64,000 nt of DNA from Collinsella sp. (GCA_048195375.1 DBFADZ010000039.1:19334-83333); one strand, 5' to 3'; counted from the stretch's first letter, positions 29,529 through 44,431 are shown. Notes: a model not told the origin generated them from the letters alone. Program-made: numbers and translations.

Positions 29529-29870
29529 TTAGCGCTTCTCGGGGATGCGAGCAGCCTTGCCCACCTTGTCGCGGAGGTAGTACAGCTTGGCGCGACGGAC
29601 GCGACCATGACGAACGACCTCGAGCTTGGCGATCTTGGGGCTGTGAAGCGGGAAGGTACGCTCAACACCGACACCGAAGGACATCTTGCGGACGGTGAAG
29701 GTCTCGCGGGCACCGGCGCCGGCCATGCGGATGACGTCGCCCTGGAAGACCTGGATGCGCTCGCGGTCGCCTTCCTTAATGCGGTAGTGAACCTTGACGT
29801 TGTCGGCGACGCGAACCTGAGGAATGTCCTCGCGGATCTGCTGACGCTCGATTGCGCGGATGTAATCCAT
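29529..29870 (-). CDS. rplS: 50S ribosomal protein L19
   Basis: [37 protein letters not shown]. Confidence 0.98.
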   Translation of the reverse strand: MDYIRAIERQQIREDIPQVRVADNVKVHYRIKEGDRERIQVFQGDVIRMAGAGARETFTVRKMSFGVGVERTFPLHSPKIAKLEVVRHGRVRRAKLYYLRDKVGKAARIPEKR

Positions 29871-30080
29871 GTGCAATTCCTTACTCTTCTAGAGGTGCCG
29901 TACCACCTTGGCCGGCACGTAGTTGAACAAACGTATTCGAGTATACACGCGCGGGTTTCTGCTGCAAGAACAATTTTTTACGCAGACAAAAAGACAAAAC
30001 CCGCACATGATAACCGCCCGCCTCGAGAATGAGACGGGCGGCATGAAGGGGGGCTACGCTAGGCGTCTAGACCCAAAACG

Positions 30081-32831
<2,751 letters not shown>

Positions 32832-33081
32832 GATACTTCCCCTTCCATGCGCTTACGCGCACGACCGTGGTAACGAATCGACCCGCCGGATGCGGGCCGT
32901 GAGGGAACTATACGGCCGGATTTGAACGGGCTTGAGCAGAGGATACGCGGTTTGGTAAACGTGCTAAAACTGGCGGTAAACGGTAGGTAAAGTTGGTTAC
33001 CTTATGAAGATACCACTACAATAAAAAAGCAGGTCAGATGCAATGTTTTTGCTAAATCGCTTTATCAAAATGCTACTAATA

Positions 33082-33948
33082 TTAGGCGCGGCGGGTGGCT
33101 CGGCGGGCGCGAGCTTCTTGGATTTCCTCCAAGTGGCTAATGATCTCGGCAGCGCTTTCCTCGATGGCCTTGCCGTCGGTACGCACCACAAAGCAGCCTA
33201 GGCGCTTCATGAGGGCACGAGCTTCCTCAAGCTCGCTGCGCACGCTCTCGGGCTCGGCATAGGAGCCGGCAACGGCACGGGCGTAGTCATCGCCCAAGCG
33301 GCTACCGCGAATTTCGGAAATCACATCGACGGTCGAAATCAGGCCGAACAGGCGCATCGGGTCAACCTCGTAAATCGACTTCGGCGGCTCCATGCCATGG
33401 GCCAAAGGAACATTGGCAACCTTATAACCCTGATAGGCCAAAAACATCGACAGCGGCGTCTTGGACGTACGGGATACGCCCAGCAGCACGATATCGGCAC
33501 CCGACAGATCGTCGCAGCCGCGCCCATCATCGTGCTCAACGAAATACTCCATGGCCTCGATGCGATGGAAATAGCGGTCATCGGTCTTGTGAATCACACC
33601 CGCAACGCCCTTGGGCGGCACGCCGACGAGCGACGACAGCACGGCGAGCGTCGGACCGATCAGGTCGACCGAGCGAATGTGCAGCATGCCCAAGTAGTCG
33701 AGGACACGAGCACGAAGGGCCGGATCGACAATGGTGTGGAACACGGCGATATCGCGATGGTCGGCATCGACGCGCGGCCCCACAAATGACTTGACCTGCT
33801 CCACGGAGGCCACCTTGGGCAGGCGCAAAACGCGAAAAGCCCCTTCATCAAATTGCCCGGACGCCGCAAGCACCACCTCACAAGCGGTATCGCCGAGAGA
33901 GTCGGAGATAACGATAACGGTGGGACGAACGGCGACCGGGCAATCCAT
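33082..33948 (-). CDS. PPDK/PEP-synthetase regulatory kinase-pyrophosphorylase (DUF299)
   Basis: ISDSLGDTA, YF.RIEAME...HDDG, GVSRTSKTPLS, ANVPL, AIEESA; adjacent to ppdK. Confidence 0.93.
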   Translation of the reverse strand: MDCPVAVRPTVIVISDSLGDTACEVVLAASGQFDEGAFRVLRLPKVASVEQVKSFVGPRVDADHRDIAVFHTIVDPALRARVLDYLGMLHIRSVDLIGPTLAVLSSLVGVPPKGVAGVIHKTDDRYFHRIEAMEYFVEHDDGRGCDDLSGADIVLLGVSRTSKTPLSMFLAYQGYKVANVPLAHGMEPPKSIYEVDPMRLFGLISTVDVISEIRGSRLGDDYARAVAGSYAEPESVRSELEEARALMKRLGCFVVRTDGKAIEESAAEIISHLEEIQEARARRATRRA

Positions 33949-33982
33949 GCGGGGCTCCTTTTGCGCTTACGCGCAGGCTGGC

Positions 33983-36079
33983 TTACTTTTTGCGGGCAAG
34001 CTCACCGATGTTGGCGATGCCGGAGAAAACGGCCTCGAAGCGGTTGAGCAGCTTAAGGCGATTATCGCGGAGCTGCTCGTCCTTGTCCATGACCATAACC
34101 TCGTCGAAGAAGCGGTCGATGGGGGCACGCAGAGCTGCAAGGGCGGCAAATGCGGCCGGGTAATCCTCGGCAGCAAGGGCGGCATCAACAGCGGTCTGAG
34201 CGGCCTCGGAGGCGTCGGCGAGCGCGAGCTCGGCCTCGCCCATCAGGCTGCGGTCGTACTCCGCACCCAGCTCGGGCTTGGAGATGTGCGCGGCGCGGGC
34301 ATAGGCGGTAGCCAGGTTGTCGAAGGTCTCGGCATCGTTCTTGCGGGCCTCGTCGAGCGCGGCGCAGCGGGCGAAGAAGACGGACGGGGCGATGATGTGC
34401 ACCGCGGAGACGGCGGCAACGGTATCGGCCGGGATCTTTTCGTCGCGGGCCATGCTCACAAGGCGGCCATGGAAGAAGTCGCGAACCTGCTGGGCGACCT
34501 CGGCGGCGTCGAACTCAATGCCCTGCTCACTGTAAAGCTCGAGGGCGAAGTCGATGAGCGACGTGGGATCGATCGGCAGACGGTCGCGCAGGATGTTGAT
34601 GATGCCGATAGCGGCACGACGCAGCGCGTAGGGGTCGGAGGAGCCGGTCGGGGGCTCGCCGATGGCAAAGATACCGGCGATGGTATCGAGCTTGTCGGCG
34701 CAGGCCACGATGCAGCCAGCGGTGCCCTCGGGCAGCTCGTCACCGGCAAAGCGGGGACGATAATGATCGCGAATGGCGTGGGCGACCTCGTCGTTCTCCC
34801 CCATCGCGGTCGCGTAATAACCGCCCATCACGCCCTGCTGGCTCGTGAACTCGACGACGGCGTTGGACACCAGGTCTGCCTTGCACAGGTGCGCGGCGCG
34901 AGCAGCGTCGGCGGCAAGATGGGCGCCCAGATGAGCCTCGCGGGCGATAGCGAGCGCGAGCTGCTCGATGCGCTCGGACTTGGCGAGCACGCTACCGAGC
35001 TTCTCCTGGAAGGCAACCTTGGCCAGACGCTCACGGAATTCGTCGAGGGAGATCTTCAGGTCCTCCTCGTAGAAGAACTTTGCGTCGTCCAGACGGGCGC
35101 GCACGACGCGCTCGTTGCCGTCGATCACGCGCTCGGCGTTCTCGGGCTTGCTGTTGGAGACGACCACGAACTCACGCGTGAGCTTGCCCTCGCCGTCATA
35201 GATCGGGAAGTAGCGCTGGTTGGTGAGCATGGACTCGCAGATGATCTCGTGCGGGACCTTGAGGAACTCCTCATCGAAGGTACCGACGAGCACCGTCGGC
35301 CACTCGCAGAGGTTGATAACCTCCTCAAAGACCTTCTTGGGCGTATCGACATGGCAGCCGGGGCGGGCAGCCTCGACCTCGGCGATACCGGCGAGGATGG
35401 CCTCACGACGACGCTCGGCAGAAAGCACGCCGGCGTCTTCGAGCACCTGCTCGTAGACGGCGGGGCTGGCAACCACATGGTCACCAGGGCCAAGTACGCG
35501 ATGACCACGCGTGGTGTTGCCGCTCGTCACGTCGGCAAACGACACAGGCACAACATCCTCGCCCAAAAGGCAGCAGATCCAACGGACCGGACGAACAAAG
35601 GTCGCGTGCTCGTGGCCCCAGCGCTGGCTGCGGTAGTTGGGCCACTGCAGGCCAGCAATAGTCTTCTCGCACAGAGCGGTCAGAATCGGGGTTGCCGGTG
35701 CGGAGGGAATATTCTTCTCGGCGAACACATACTCGCGACCGTCAGTGTCCTCGCGACGGACCAGGTCCTCGGCAGCCACACCGCACTTGCGGGCAAAGCC
35801 CTGGGCGGCCTTGGTGGCGTTACCGTCAGCGTCGAAGGCAATGTTGGCCGCGGGGCCACGCTTGACCTCGTGAACCTCATCGGTCGCGGTGGCGACGTCG
35901 GCCACGAGCGCAGCCAGACGACGTGGGCTCGAGATCACGCGGACCTCGCCGTGGGCCAGACCGGCCTCGTCGAGGCCCTTGGCGATCATGGTGCCAAGCT
36001 GCTTGACGGCATTGTTCAGCGGTGCGGAGGGCATTTCCTCCGTACCGATCTCAAACAGGAAATCCTTAGCGTCTGCCAT
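33983..36079 (-). CDS. glyS: Glycine--tRNA ligase beta subunit
   Basis: FLFEIGTEEMP, SPRRLA, FVRPVRW, GNERVVRARL.DA.FF, PTGSSDPYALRR. Confidence 0.97.
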   Translation of the reverse strand: MADAKDFLFEIGTEEMPSAPLNNAVKQLGTMIAKGLDEAGLAHGEVRVISSPRRLAALVADVATATDEVHEVKRGPAANIAFDADGNATKAAQGFARKCGVAAEDLVRREDTDGREYVFAEKNIPSAPATPILTALCEKTIAGLQWPNYRSQRWGHEHATFVRPVRWICCLLGEDVVPVSFADVTSGNTTRGHRVLGPGDHVVASPAVYEQVLEDAGVLSAERRREAILAGIAEVEAARPGCHVDTPKKVFEEVINLCEWPTVLVGTFDEEFLKVPHEIICESMLTNQRYFPIYDGEGKLTREFVVVSNSKPENAERVIDGNERVVRARLDDAKFFYEEDLKISLDEFRERLAKVAFQEKLGSVLAKSERIEQLALAIAREAHLGAHLAADAARAAHLCKADLVSNAVVEFTSQQGVMGGYYATAMGENDEVAHAIRDHYRPRFAGDELPEGTAGCIVACADKLDTIAGIFAIGEPPTGSSDPYALRRAAIGIINILRDRLPIDPTSLIDFALELYSEQGIEFDAAEVAQQVRDFFHGRLVSMARDEKIPADTVAAVSAVHIIAPSVFFARCAALDEARKNDAETFDNLATAYARAAHISKPELGAEYDRSLMGEAELALADASEAAQTAVDAALAAEDYPAAFAALAALRAPIDRFFDEVMVMDKDEQLRDNRLKLLNRFEAVFSGIANIGELARKK

Positions 36080-36082
36080 GGC

Positions 36083-36994
36083 TTACGCCACCTCGCCTTC
36101 CTGGTCGGCATTCTCGTTGACTCCGGCGACCTCGGCCATATAGGCCTCGCAGCACGCCTTGGCGACGGCGCGGACGCGCAGGATGTAGTTGGCGCGCTCG
36201 ACCGCGGACAGGGCGCCACGGGCATCGAGCAGGTTGAAGGCGTGGCTGCACTTCATGACGCAGTCGTACGCCGGCAGCGGAAGCTTGCGCTCCAGGCAGG
36301 AATGGCACTCAGCCTCGTAGTCGTCAAACTTCTGACGCATCATCTCGACATTGGCGACCTCAAAGTTATAAGCACTGAACTCGCGCTCATTCTCCAAGAA
36401 CACGTCGCCGTAGGTCATGGGCGTGCCGTCGGGCAGGTAGCTCCACACCAGGTCGTAGACGGAGTTGACGCCCTGGGCATACATGGCGATACGCTCCAGG
36501 CCGTAGGTGATCTCGACAGGCACGGGGTCGACCTCGATGCCGCCCACCTGCTGGAAGTACGTAAACTGCGTGACCTCCATGCCGTTGAGCCAGACCTCCC
36601 AGCCAAGGCCCCAGGCGCCGAGCGTCGGGCTCTCCCAGTCGTCCTCGACAAAGCGGACGTCATGGTCGTTGGGGTCCAGGCCAATGGCGGCCAGCGAACC
36701 CAGGTAGAGCTCCTGAGCGTTGACCGGCGAGGGCTTGATGAGCACCTGGAACTGATAGTAGTGCTGCATGCGGTTAGGGTTCTCGCCGTAGCGGCCGTCG
36801 GCGGGACGGCGGCAGGGCTGCGCATAGCAGGTGCGCCACTCGGCGGGACCGAGCGAGCGCAGCGTGGTCGCGGTATGGAAGGTACCGGCACCGACCTCGG
36901 AGTCATAGGGCTGCATAATGACGCAGCCCTGCTCGCCCCAGTACTGCTGGAGGCGCAGGATGATGTCTTGGAAGGAAAGCGATGAAGCGTTCAT
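36083..36994 (-). CDS. glyQ: Glycine--tRNA ligase alpha subunit
   Basis: [51 protein letters not shown]. Confidence 0.98.
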   Translation of the reverse strand: MNASSLSFQDIILRLQQYWGEQGCVIMQPYDSEVGAGTFHTATTLRSLGPAEWRTCYAQPCRRPADGRYGENPNRMQHYYQFQVLIKPSPVNAQELYLGSLAAIGLDPNDHDVRFVEDDWESPTLGAWGLGWEVWLNGMEVTQFTYFQQVGGIEVDPVPVEITYGLERIAMYAQGVNSVYDLVWSYLPDGTPMTYGDVFLENEREFSAYNFEVANVEMMRQKFDDYEAECHSCLERKLPLPAYDCVMKCSHAFNLLDARGALSAVERANYILRVRAVAKACCEAYMAEVAGVNENADQEGEVA

Positions 36995-37053
36995 GCCTCT
37001 AATATCCCCTCGTCGAAACGATTACACGGTTAGGTACTGTACTATAGCGGTTT

Positions 37054-37623
37054 TTAGTCGATAGCGCCGATGCGGTTGAGCGGCCAGTAGCGCACAAGCG
37101 CCACAGCGATCAAATCAGAGCGATCGACGGGACCAAAGTAGCGTGAGTCGGCAGAGTTTTCGCGGTTGTCGCCCATCACCCACACGCACCCGTCGGGAAC
37201 GGTGTAGGGATAGCTTACCTGAGCGCCGGGCGCTTGGACCGAAAGTGGCCAGCTCATGCCCGTCGTATAGTCCTCGTCGAGCGCTTGGCCGTCAACGACC
37301 ACCTTGCCATCCTGCAGGTCGACCGTCTGGCCGGCCGTGGCAATAACGCGCTTGACAAGAACATCATGCTCGGAGGTGCCATCGGGGTTGTGAAACACCA
37401 CGATATCGCCCTGCTTGACGGGCTGACCGAGCTCGAGGCTCACCTTTTGCGCCAGGATCTGGTCGCCAATCTCGATTGTGTCCTCCATAGAGCCGGTGGG
37501 CACCACAAAGGGCTCGACCACAAAGGTGCGGATCAGGAAGGTGGCCACAAGCGCGATCGCGATGACCGCGATCCACTCAAAAGCGCCCCTCAACGCGGAA
37601 TGTTGCGTAGGAACCATACTCAC
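37054..37623 (-). CDS. lepB: Signal peptidase I
   Basis: N-terminal TM, PTGSMEDT, LVKRVIA, MGDNRENSADSRYFG. Confidence 0.94.
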   Translation of the reverse strand: MSMVPTQHSALRGAFEWIAVIAIALVATFLIRTFVVEPFVVPTGSMEDTIEIGDQILAQKVSLELGQPVKQGDIVVFHNPDGTSEHDVLVKRVIATAGQTVDLQDGKVVVDGQALDEDYTTGMSWPLSVQAPGAQVSYPYTVPDGCVWVMGDNRENSADSRYFGPVDRSDLIAVALVRYWPLNRIGAID

Positions 37624-38378
37624 TCCTCGCTCTGCGAATACGAAGCGTCAAGGATCTCCTGCGCGTAAGCGCGCTCCTCGGGCGTGAGCCGCGCAGTCTC
37701 GATCAGGTCGGGACGCCAGCGACAGGTGCGCTCGATGGCATTCTTGCGGCGCCAGGCATCGACCTTGGCGTGATCGCCGCTCACGAGCACCGGAGGAACG
37801 CCCTCGCCGTTGAACTCGGCGGGGCGGGTGTACTGCGCGTACTCGAGCAGGCCTCCGTCCTCGGCGGTCGAGAACGACTCGTCCACGTTGCTCATCTCGT
37901 CGCCCAGGGCGCCGGGAATGAGGCGTACGACGGCATCGGCAACGACCATCGCGGGCAGCTCGCCGCCCGTGAGCACATAGTCGCCGATCGACAGACGTTC
38001 ATCGGCATACGCATACGCGCGCTCGTCGACGCCCTCGTAACGGCTGCACACAAACAGCAGGCGCTCACTTTTGAGCAGGCGCTCGGCCACATGCTGCGTA
38101 AAAGGCTCGCCACAGGGGGTAAAGAACACCACAGTGGGCTTAGGACCCTCTGCGCTAATGGCCTCGATGGCCTCTGCGATAGGCTCGACCTTCATGAGCA
38201 TGCCCTGCCCGCCGCCGTACGGCTCGTCATCGACGGTACGATGGCGGTCGTGCGTCCAGTCGCGCAGGTTATACGCCTTAAAATCAAAAAGGCCGGCCTT
38301 GCGGGCGCGGCCCAAAATCGATGTGGACATAACGGGCTCAAACATCTCGGGAAAGACCGAAAGGGTCTCGATCAGCAT
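37620..38378 (-). CDS. trmD: tRNA (guanine-N1)-methyltransferase
   Basis: VDDEPYGGGQGM, RYEGVDER, SIGDYVLTGGE, YTRP. Confidence 0.97.
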   Translation of the reverse strand: MLIETLSVFPEMFEPVMSTSILGRARKAGLFDFKAYNLRDWTHDRHRTVDDEPYGGGQGMLMKVEPIAEAIEAISAEGPKPTVVFFTPCGEPFTQHVAERLLKSERLLFVCSRYEGVDERAYAYADERLSIGDYVLTGGELPAMVVADAVVRLIPGALGDEMSNVDESFSTAEDGGLLEYAQYTRPAEFNGEGVPPVLVSGDHAKVDAWRRKNAIERTCRWRPDLIETARLTPEERAYAQEILDASYSQSEE

Positions 38379-38388
38379 GTTGTCCTCC

Positions 38389-38910
38389 CTACTTGTCCAT
38401 ATCGATCAGGCCGTCCATAACGTGGACGGAAATTGTTCCTGTGTCGGGAAGATCGAGCACAACCTGCTCGATCACGGGAATCAGTACCTCGCCGTACCGA
38501 TCGCCCTCGACAACCCAAACATCGTTCGCGGGCGTCGACATGATCTCGACGATCATGCCGAGCGAACCGAAGCGCTCGTCGACCACCTCGCGACCCATCA
38601 GGTCGGTATAGGCAGCGTCGAGCGAATCGAGCTCAAAGTCGTCGCGATTTGCCAGCACATAGCATCCCGTGATGCCCTCGGCGGCCGTCAAGTCGTCAAT
38701 GCCCTCAAACGAGACCAGATCGCCATCGCCCGTATCGGTGACGGACACGACCGTGCAAAAGCGGTCGCGCTTGAGCGCCGGCGGCGTCAGGGCGACGCGC
38801 ATGCCCGGCTCTAATACAGAAGGAAGCCCCCGCAGCGGCTGCGCGAGGACCTCCCCCTTCCTTCCGTGCGGCTTGACCACACGGGCGATGTTTTTGTACT
38901 GGGACCTCAA
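38389..38910 (-). CDS. rimM: 16S rRNA processing protein RimM
   Basis: KPHG.KGEV, DLMG, PANDVWVV, VLIP; operon context. Confidence 0.9.
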   Translation of the reverse strand: MRSQYKNIARVVKPHGRKGEVLAQPLRGLPSVLEPGMRVALTPPALKRDRFCTVVSVTDTGDGDLVSFEGIDDLTAAEGITGCYVLANRDDFELDSLDAAYTDLMGREVVDERFGSLGMIVEIMSTPANDVWVVEGDRYGEVLIPVIEQVVLDLPDTGTISVHVMDGLIDMDK

Positions 38911-38914
38911 GGTC

Positions 38915-39199
38915 CTAGCCCAGAACCTCTACCTCGACAGCAGTGTCGAGGCGAGCGGCCAGTGCACGGGCGAGCGTGCGAATGGCCTTGATGGTACGGC
39001 CACGACGGCCGATGACCTTAGCGACGTCATCCTCGGCGACCGAAACCTCAATCGTAGAGGCGTCATCACCATCGATGACCTCAAGGCTCACGGAATCCGG
39101 GTCGTCGACGATCTGAACAACGAGATATTCGACGAGATCGGCGATGCGATCTGAGAGCATTGCCTCACCCTCGAGCTGTGCAGCGTCAACCTCAGGCAC
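38915..39199 (-). CDS. khpA: KH-domain RNA-binding protein
   Basis: IVDDPD.V, KVIGRRGRTIKAIRT; lies between rpsP and rimM. Confidence 0.88.
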   Translation of the reverse strand: MPEVDAAQLEGEAMLSDRIADLVEYLVVQIVDDPDSVSLEVIDGDDASTIEVSVAEDDVAKVIGRRGRTIKAIRTLARALAARLDTAVEVEVLG

Positions 39200-39202
39200 G
39201 AT

Positions 39203-39544
39203 TTACTCCTCGGCGCCCTCAGCGGCCTCAGCGGCAGCCTTAGCGGCCTCGGCCTCTTTGGCGAGCTGCTTCTTGGACTTCTTGACGACGGTCTCGGTCT
39301 TCTCGCCCTCGTTGGCGGCCTTGACCAGAGCGGCGACGGCGTCGGTGAGCTGAGCGCCCTTGGACTGCCAGTCGGCGATCTTCTCGAGGTCAAGGTTGAT
39401 GGTCTTGGGGGCGGTCATCGGGTTGTAGCGGCCAACCTCCTCGATGATACGACCGTCACGCGGGGCGCGGGAATCGGCGACGACGACACGGTAGTACGGA
39501 CGCTTCTTAGCGCCGTGACGAGCAAGGCGAATCTTGACTGCCAA
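39203..39544 (-). CDS. rpsP: 30S ribosomal protein S16
   Basis: [33 protein letters not shown] start 39544 with GGAGGAG RBS. Confidence 0.97.
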   Translation of the reverse strand: MAVKIRLARHGAKKRPYYRVVVADSRAPRDGRIIEEVGRYNPMTAPKTINLDLEKIADWQSKGAQLTDAVAALVKAANEGEKTETVVKKSKKQLAKEAEAAKAAAEAAEGAEE

Positions 39545-39745
39545 AGGAAACTCCTCCAACCAAGCAGCTTTAGGCTGCAACTACAAACAAACAGTTGAAC
39601 ATAATACGCCATCGACGCGGGCAGGTGAAGTCCGTGAGACCAACTTCTTCGGTGTAGTCGAGGGCAAATCCATATCTTAGACAAGAATTCGGGATTTGCA
39701 AGCACATACACGCACCCCACATGAGCTGCGCGGTATACTCATGAC

Positions 39746-40999
39746 ATGGAAAGACGCGAACATACATACGGTTATGAGGATGCCATGGGCGTCACGCCGC
39801 CTCCCTGGACGGGTCCGGCAGTGGGCCTGATGGACCTCGATGCGTTTTTTGCGAGCGTGGAAATGCTCGATCATCCCGAATGGCGCGGAAAGCCGCTCAT
39901 CGTGGGCGGAGACGCCGATTCGCGTGGCGTCGTGTCCACGTGTTCGTATGAGGCACGTCGCTTTGGCGTGCACTCTGCCATGGCCTCGGCCGAGGCGCGG
40001 CGCCTGTGCCCGCAAGCCATTTGGACGCATGGGCATTTTGATCGCTACCGCGAGGTGAGCGCGCACGTTATGGCAATTCTCGCCGACGAGACCCCGCGCG
40101 TTGAGCGCGTATCCATCGACGAAGCCTTTATCGATATCACACCGGGTCGCTTTGCGCCCGAAGACCCGCTGCTGGTTGCGCGGCGTATAAGCGACCGCGT
40201 GGCAGAGCTGGGAGTGACGTGCTCCATTGGCGTGGGCTGCAACAAGACGGTCGCAAAAATCGCAAGCGAGCGGGATAAGCCGTTTGGGCTGACCATCGTG
40301 CGCCCCGGAACCGAGCAGCGCTTTTTGGCCGCGCTGCCGGTATCTGCCATGAGCGGCATCGGGCGCTCGGCCGAGGAGCGACTGCGCCGCATGCGCATCT
40401 ACACCCTCGGCGAGCTATCACGTGCGCCGGAATCCACCTTGGCCTCTATTTTTGGCGTCAACGGCGAACGCATGCGCCAGCGTGCGCTGGGACTCGAAAT
40501 CTCTGAAGTCACGAGCCTCGATGAAGAGCGCGAGGTCAAGTCGGTCAGCAATGAACGCACCTTTGCTAAAGATTTGACTGAGCGTGGGGATATTGAGGCG
40601 GCGATTGCGCTGTTGGGAGAGTCAGTGGGGCGCCGTCTGCGCCGTCAGGGTCTGACGGGTGCCACGGTAACACTCAAGCTTAAGTATTCGTATGGCAGCG
40701 GGCGTACGGCACAGCGCCGGCTGCCTCATCCGACCGACGATGAGAACATCTTCGTGGCGGTTGCACTCGAACTGCTCGACAACATCTGGCAGGAAGGCAT
40801 GCATGTTCGCTTAGCGGGCATCGGCATGAGCGACTTCGACCACCAAGGCGGCATCCAAACCGACCTGTTCTGCGAGATCGATGACCGCGGGGCCCAATCC
40901 AGCGACCGACGCGACCTCTCCGTCGCCATCGACGCCGTCCGAGACAAATTCGGCGACACCGCCCTATCCTTCGGCCGCCAATCCCGTTTCAACGATTAA
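39746..40999 (+). CDS. dinB: DNA polymerase IV (true start may be ATG 39785)
   Basis: DLDAFFASVE, GVVSTCSYEARRFGVHSAM, SIDEAF, AKIASE..KP.G. Confidence 0.95.
   Translation: MERREHTYGYEDAMGVTPPPWTGPAVGLMDLDAFFASVEMLDHPEWRGKPLIVGGDADSRGVVSTCSYEARRFGVHSAMASAEARRLCPQAIWTHGHFDRYREVSAHVMAILADETPRVERVSIDEAFIDITPGRFAPEDPLLVARRISDRVAELGVTCSIGVGCNKTVAKIASERDKPFGLTIVRPGTEQRFLAALPVSAMSGIGRSAEERLRRMRIYTLGELSRAPESTLASIFGVNGERMRQRALGLEISEVTSLDEEREVKSVSNERTFAKDLTERGDIEAAIALLGESVGRRLRRQGLTGATVTLKLKYSYGSGRTAQRRLPHPTDDENIFVAVALELLDNIWQEGMHVRLAGIGMSDFDHQGGIQTDLFCEIDDRGAQSSDRRDLSVAIDAVRDKFGDTALSFGRQSRFND
39757..39770. promoter_or_regulatory. Candidate LexA (SOS) box at dinB
   Basis: CGAAC-ATAC-ATACG, 2 mismatches to CGAAC-N4-GTTCG, just downstream of -10 TATACT (39734-39739). 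Confidence 0.45.
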
Positions 41000-41011
41000 C
41001 CGCCTTTGAGC

Positions 41012-41054
41012 AAAAAGAAAGCCGGGCAGGTGCGGAAAACCGCAACTGCCCGGG
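41012..41054 (-). terminator. Terminator between convergent dinB and rsfS
   Basis: ccgggcag.tgcgg-aaaa-ccgca.ctgcccgg stem with an A-rich run on +. Confidence 0.7.
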
Positions 41055-41094
41055 ATATGCGTGAGGGTAGCTAAACCCCGTCTCAAATGAGCTA

Positions 41095-41550
41095 CTAGAG
41101 GAGATTGAGGGGAAGCTGGGGGGCGTCTCCCCAGAGTTTCTCGAGGCGGTAGAAGTCGCGGGCTTCGGGAGTGAAGACGTGGACGACAACCGAGCCGTAG
41201 TCCATGAGCATCCAGGTCTTCTGCTCGCGACCCTCGATGGAGAACGGGTGCTCGCCGCAAGCCTCGGCGACCTTCTCCTCGATCTCGTCGACGATAGAAT
41301 CGACCTGGCGGTTATTGGTACCGGTGGCAAGCACAAAGTAGTCGCATACGTCGGAAAGCTCGGTCAGGTCGAGCACCTGAACGTCCTCGCCCTTCTTGTC
41401 GTAGGCGGCCTGCGCGGCGGCGCGGGCGACATCCTCGGCGGCGACACCGCTCGCGGACAGCGAGGCGGCAGTGCGGTCGGACGTGGCGGCGAAGCTCTTG
41501 TGCTCCACATGTTCAAGAATCTGCTCGTCGGTCATGGTCTCGTCGGCCAT
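41095..41550 (-). CDS. rsfS: Ribosome silencing factor (Iojap)
   Basis: DKKGEDV..LD, DYFVLATG, W.LMDYGSVVVHVF...R.FYRLEKLW. Confidence 0.95.
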   Translation of the reverse strand: MADETMTDEQILEHVEHKSFAATSDRTAASLSASGVAAEDVARAAAQAAYDKKGEDVQVLDLTELSDVCDYFVLATGTNNRQVDSIVDEIEEKVAEACGEHPFSIEGREQKTWMLMDYGSVVVHVFTPEARDFYRLEKLWGDAPQLPLNLL

Positions 41551-41577
41551 GGAATACCTCTTTCTAGACAGCCCGAG

Positions 41578-42186
41578 CTAGCGCAGCTGGGCGTAATGGT
41601 TGTAAATCGTAATAGCCGTGGGATAAAGATAGCGCCCGGACTGGATCACATAGACCAGACCCTGCGCAAAACAGGAGAAGAACAACTCATCGAGCGTCGA
41701 CTCCCCCACCATCTTGCGCAGCGCATGGGCATAATCGCCGTGGCGGTTGGGTTCGATGGCATCAGCCACAAAGACCACCATATCGAGCGGCGTCATGTCG
41801 CAAGCGCCCACGGTGTGACGGTCGACAGCCTGAAAGACCGCCGGCGACAGCTCGGGAAAAAGCTGCGGAAGCTCATAGGCGGCAACAGGGCCATGCAAAA
41901 GCGGCGTCGCGGCGGAAGGAGAGCCGGCAATCTTAATGCCGTAATGCAGAGCGCGCGTGACCAGCTCGTCGTCGGAGAGCACTTTGTCCCAGTCATGGAT
42001 CAGGCCGGCGGCAGCGGCATCAAAGCGGTCAACGCCGTAGACCTCGGCCAGATGAAGTGCGGTCTCGGCAACACCCAGCGAATGCACATAGCGCTTGCGC
42101 TTATCCTTCATGCGAACATCGAGCAGCTCTTGAATGCGCTTGAGCAGCGCGCGCTCATCGCCCTCAAACTGATCCTCTACCGACAA
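41578..42186 (-). CDS. yqeK: HD-domain Ap4A hydrolase, YqeK family
   Basis: RYVHSLGV, GLIHDWDK, LLHG, HTVG, VADAIEPNR; nadD-yqeK-rsfS order. Confidence 0.88.
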   Translation of the reverse strand: MSVEDQFEGDERALLKRIQELLDVRMKDKRKRYVHSLGVAETALHLAEVYGVDRFDAAAAGLIHDWDKVLSDDELVTRALHYGIKIAGSPSAATPLLHGPVAAYELPQLFPELSPAVFQAVDRHTVGACDMTPLDMVVFVADAIEPNRHGDYAHALRKMVGESTLDELFFSCFAQGLVYVIQSGRYLYPTAITIYNHYAQLR

Positions 42187-42198
42187 CGTAGACCCCCC

Positions 42199-42876
42199 TC
42201 ACTCAAAATCTTCTTGGCCCAAATCGGCATATAGCCTGCGTTTGCGAATGTAGCCGAGCACGGACTCGCTCGTAAGATAGCGCACGCTCATGCCGCGGGC
42301 AACTCGCTTACGAATGTTCGTCGAGCTGATCGCCAGCGCCGGAATCTGAATATAGCGCACGTCGAACGGCAGCCCCGACTCTTTGATTCGGGCACGCGCC
42401 GTATCGATATCAAAACCCGGTCGCGTCGCCGCAATAAAGGTAGCAAGCTCAGCGATTCGTTCGGCATCATGCCAGGTCACAATATCGATAATCGCGTCGG
42501 CGCCCGTAATAAAGTAGAGCTTTACCTGCGGCGGGTAAAAGTCGCGAAGGGCATGAAGCGTATCGGCCGTGTAGGTTACGCCCGGACGGTCGATCTCGAA
42601 CCGACTCGCCAAAAAGGCCGGGTTCGCGGCGGTGGCGAGGACCGTCATGGCATAACGGTCCTCAGCAGGCGTCACCGGCTTGTCAAGCTTAAAAGCAGGA
42701 GAGCCCGCCGGCATAAAGAGCACAGCGTCCAAGTCGAGCGACTCGCGCGCCTGCTCGGCAGTCACCAGGTGCCCGTAATGGATGGGATCAAAGGTGCCAC
42801 CCATAATGCCGAGCCTAAACTCCTGCCCGTCCTCTAGAGGAAGCTCGGGCAGACCGATTCCACCGCGCAGCGACAT
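42199..42876 (-). CDS. nadD: Nicotinate-nucleotide adenylyltransferase
   Basis: GGTFDPIHYGHL, TYTADT, FITGAD, ISST.IR. Confidence 0.96.
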   Translation of the reverse strand: MSLRGGIGLPELPLEDGQEFRLGIMGGTFDPIHYGHLVTAEQARESLDLDAVLFMPAGSPAFKLDKPVTPAEDRYAMTVLATAANPAFLASRFEIDRPGVTYTADTLHALRDFYPPQVKLYFITGADAIIDIVTWHDAERIAELATFIAATRPGFDIDTARARIKESGLPFDVRYIQIPALAISSTNIRKRVARGMSVRYLTSESVLGYIRKRRLYADLGQEDFE

Positions 42877-42879
42877 GGC

Positions 42880-44358
<1,479 letters not shown>

Positions 44359-44431
44359 CTACAAAAAAGAGGGAGACCCTTGAATCCTAAAACTCAAGTG
44401 CCTCCCACATATGTGCTCTATGAAGGGTGAA

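Noticed and set aside
33731..36985. 1084-aa plus-strand ORF, and similar long antisense ORFs at 9247-12018, 13251-15302, 30216-32378, 48075-49829 and 61191-63203
   Set aside because: They are antisense shadows of well-recognised genes, expected from strong GC3 codon bias, and have no recognisable motifs
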